A stretch of DNA of 62,304 nt, the filler included. It is 5 parts of 5 records of this genome, joined end to end, with 100 filler letters (N's around TTAATTAATTAA, not from the genome) between each part and the next. Parts side by side here need not be neighbours in the genome. Positions count along the whole stretch, not along the records: positions 56,937 to 62,304 come from SRR31156797_19511; 4 more parts are not named here. One strand, written 5' to 3'. This document shows positions 60,735 through 62,304 of this stretch, piece by piece (positions within the stretch are counted from its first letter, which is position 1; the number at the start of each line of letters is the position of its first letter). The notes beneath the pieces are model-generated. The model saw nothing but the letters and a program-made list of their open reading frames with translations. It was not told the origin of the DNA and searched no databases. The position numbers were made by a program, and so were the translations under genes.

Positions 60735-61741
60735 ACATAAAAGGCCAACAAATATTGAATCCGCGTAAATTAAAAGCTGCTCGTTTTGCTGCTCGCTTTG
60801 GCGGTCATTTCAAACCGGCAATAAATGCTAATGCTCCGATAAACAAACGCAGCATAAGAAAAATATTGGTTCAGGAAAATCAATGTATTGGGGATGTCCT
60901 AATGCTTGAGCCCACACTGGCGGCTTTAAAAAAAGCGTTTCCTAATGCAGAAATACATCTTTTATGTGTTCCGGCAGTAGTGTCGTTGGCAAAAAAAGCA
61001 AAATTGGCGGATAAGATCCTGGAATACTCTAAGGATAATGAAAAAGATCATATATATGATCTGGTATTTGATTTTCATGGAGATGTGCGTCGAATTAAGA
61101 GCTTGATGAACTTTGAATCCAAATTTTATGCCGGCTTCAGTTTTAGCGGTGGTGCCAAGTGGTTGACCCATGTTGTTGATTACCCCTTTGACGAGCATCA
61201 GGTAGACCGCCCTTTTGAACTCCTGAGCAGGATGAATATTCCCAATGAACGAAAAGTGCCGGAATTAAAAGGGTTTAAGGATCATATCAAGCAAGACAGA
61301 ATACTCCTTCATCCCGGAGCCAATCATGAAGCCAGGCGATGGCCCATGGAAAATTGGACGGAATTGATCACATTGTTAAAAGAAGACAGACGTGAGGTAT
61401 TGTGGATTACACCTCCCGGTGAGGAAGCCCCGGCAAATATTGATATATTTGATGGCGATCTTCTTGAAATGGCAGAATTGATTTGTAAATCGTCATTGTT
61501 GGTAGGGTGTGATTCTATGTCTGTACATCTTGCGGTAGCATTAAATGTACCCGCTTTAGCCATATTCGGTTCACAGGATCCGGAGCTGACAAAACCTTAT
61601 GGTCCCAATGGGCATTTTATTATTCCTGAAAAAGAATGTCATCACAGAAAAAGGGACTGGCGTTTGTGTAAAGAATGCATGAAATCCGTTAAAGCCGTAG
61701 AAGTTTTTTCGCAGATCAATTCAATATTTCCCAAAAAATAA
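60731..61741 (+). CDS. GT9 family (ADP-heptose:LPS heptosyltransferase-like)
   Basis: IGDVLM..P.L.ALK..FP.A, LHPGA...RRWP and DSM.VHLA.A.NVP..AIFG motifs. Confidence 0.9.
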   Translation: MNIKGQQILNPRKLKAARFAARFGGHFKPAINANAPINKRSIRKILVQENQCIGDVLMLEPTLAALKKAFPNAEIHLLCVPAVVSLAKKAKLADKILEYSKDNEKDHIYDLVFDFHGDVRRIKSLMNFESKFYAGFSFSGGAKWLTHVVDYPFDEHQVDRPFELLSRMNIPNERKVPELKGFKDHIKQDRILLHPGANHEARRWPMENWTELITLLKEDRREVLWITPPGEEAPANIDIFDGDLLEMAELICKSSLLVGCDSMSVHLAVALNVPALAIFGSQDPELTKPYGPNGHFIIPEKECHHRKRDWRLCKECMKSVKAVEVFSQINSIFPKK

Positions 61742-61932
61742 ATCATAAACAAAATAATTCTTGATCATGCCAAAAAAAATATAATGGTATGAAGAGTAAA
61801 ATACTGTACAAAATAAAGTAGATATCCGCATAAACAAGGGGGAGTGAAGGGGTTTGCAGTATTTATAAAATACTCAAATATAGGGGGTTATGAACACGGT
61901 AAAAAAAAGATAAAAAAAAGTATCGAAAAGTG

Positions 61933-62141
61933 TTGACATTCATGAATAAAGAGTATATAATTCACGGCTTTTTGATTGTGACTTTGCTGAGGAAAAAGAG
62001 AATAAAAGGTAATAATATACTTGACATTCATCTCCAAACAAGTTACTATTCACGGCTTTTTGAAATGGAAATACAGAGACGGAATAAATGAAAAAAATAA
62101 GTGATAAAACGCTTGACATTTATAACCGCTTAAAGTATTAT
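61933..62141 (+). promoter_or_regulatory. Three tandem sigma70 promoters of an rRNA operon
   Basis: TTGACA-17-TATAAT (61933/61956), TTGACA-17-TACTAT (62021/62044) and TTGACA-17-TATTAT (62113/62136), each followed by TCAYGGCT and preceded by A-rich UP-like tracts. Confidence 0.9.
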
Positions 62142-62147
62142 TCATGG

Positions 62148-62185
62148 CTGTCGCAAAAATTATTGAGACAGTAGTTATTTGAAAA
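62148..62185 (+). promoter_or_regulatory. rrn leader boxB-like hairpin and boxA-like antitermination motif
   Basis: CTGTC...GACAG stem followed by GTTATTTGAAAA (62174-62185). Confidence 0.6.
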
Positions 62186-62275
62186 TCAGGGTGTATGTTA
62201 TGCGTGATTCATGAGAGTTCAGCTTGACAAAGTAGTTTGTCGAGGTTTGATTAAATAAAATAAAGTAATATAAAT

Positions 62276-62304
62276 ACAATGAAGAGTTTGATCCTGGCTC
62301 AGGA
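62276..62304 (+). rRNA. rrs: 5' end of bacterial 16S rRNA (truncated by window end)
   Basis: AGAGTTTGATCCTGGCTCAG (27F primer site) at 62283-62302. Confidence 0.97.

Noticed and set aside
62224..62245. Fourth TTGACA in the rrn leader
   Set aside because: There is no convincing -10 at 17 bp, and it forms one arm of a leader hairpin (CTTGACAAA-GTAG-TTTGTCGAG).

Overview
The window is not one locus. It is five unrelated contigs joined by artificial 100-nt spacers (N44-TTAATTAATTAA-N44). (1) 1-21423 is a Vibrio chromosome-II-type region: glgC, mgsA, pncA, helD, yccS, HMG-CoA reductase, cobQ-modABC, a PilZ protein, luxPQ, a TraF-like protein and a partial yhbQ. (2) 21524-45066 is from a Methanosarcinaceae-like methanogen: tRNA-Arg, ychF, an AAA ATPase/MBL pair, an ABC exporter, tandem sulfotransferases, tRNA-Pro, ribB-rbkR, fibrillarin/Nop5, RFAP synthase, XPD and a pilin. 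(3) 45167-51231 is from an AT-rich FCB/Marinimicrobia-like organism and carries two large surface-protein genes. (4) 51332-56836 is from a GC-rich spirochaete-like organism. (5) 56937-62304 carries rpoA-rplQ, LPS-type glycosyltransferases and an rRNA operon start with three tandem promoters. Most coding content is ordinary housekeeping. The most novel signals are non-coding and lie in the archaeal contig. One is a 400-bp MITE-like element (17-bp TIRs, 8-bp TSD) with a second copy and a conserved hairpin-rich core. Another is a ~75-bp hairpin element linked to a duplicated tRNA-Pro 3' end, with a second copy between two tandem sulfotransferase genes. Tandem palindromic operators also occur before rbkR and before an AAA_14/DUF4143 gene. 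In Vibrio, glgC has an apparent NtrC enhancer and sigma54 promoter. All protein calls come from motif recognition; no database searches were run.
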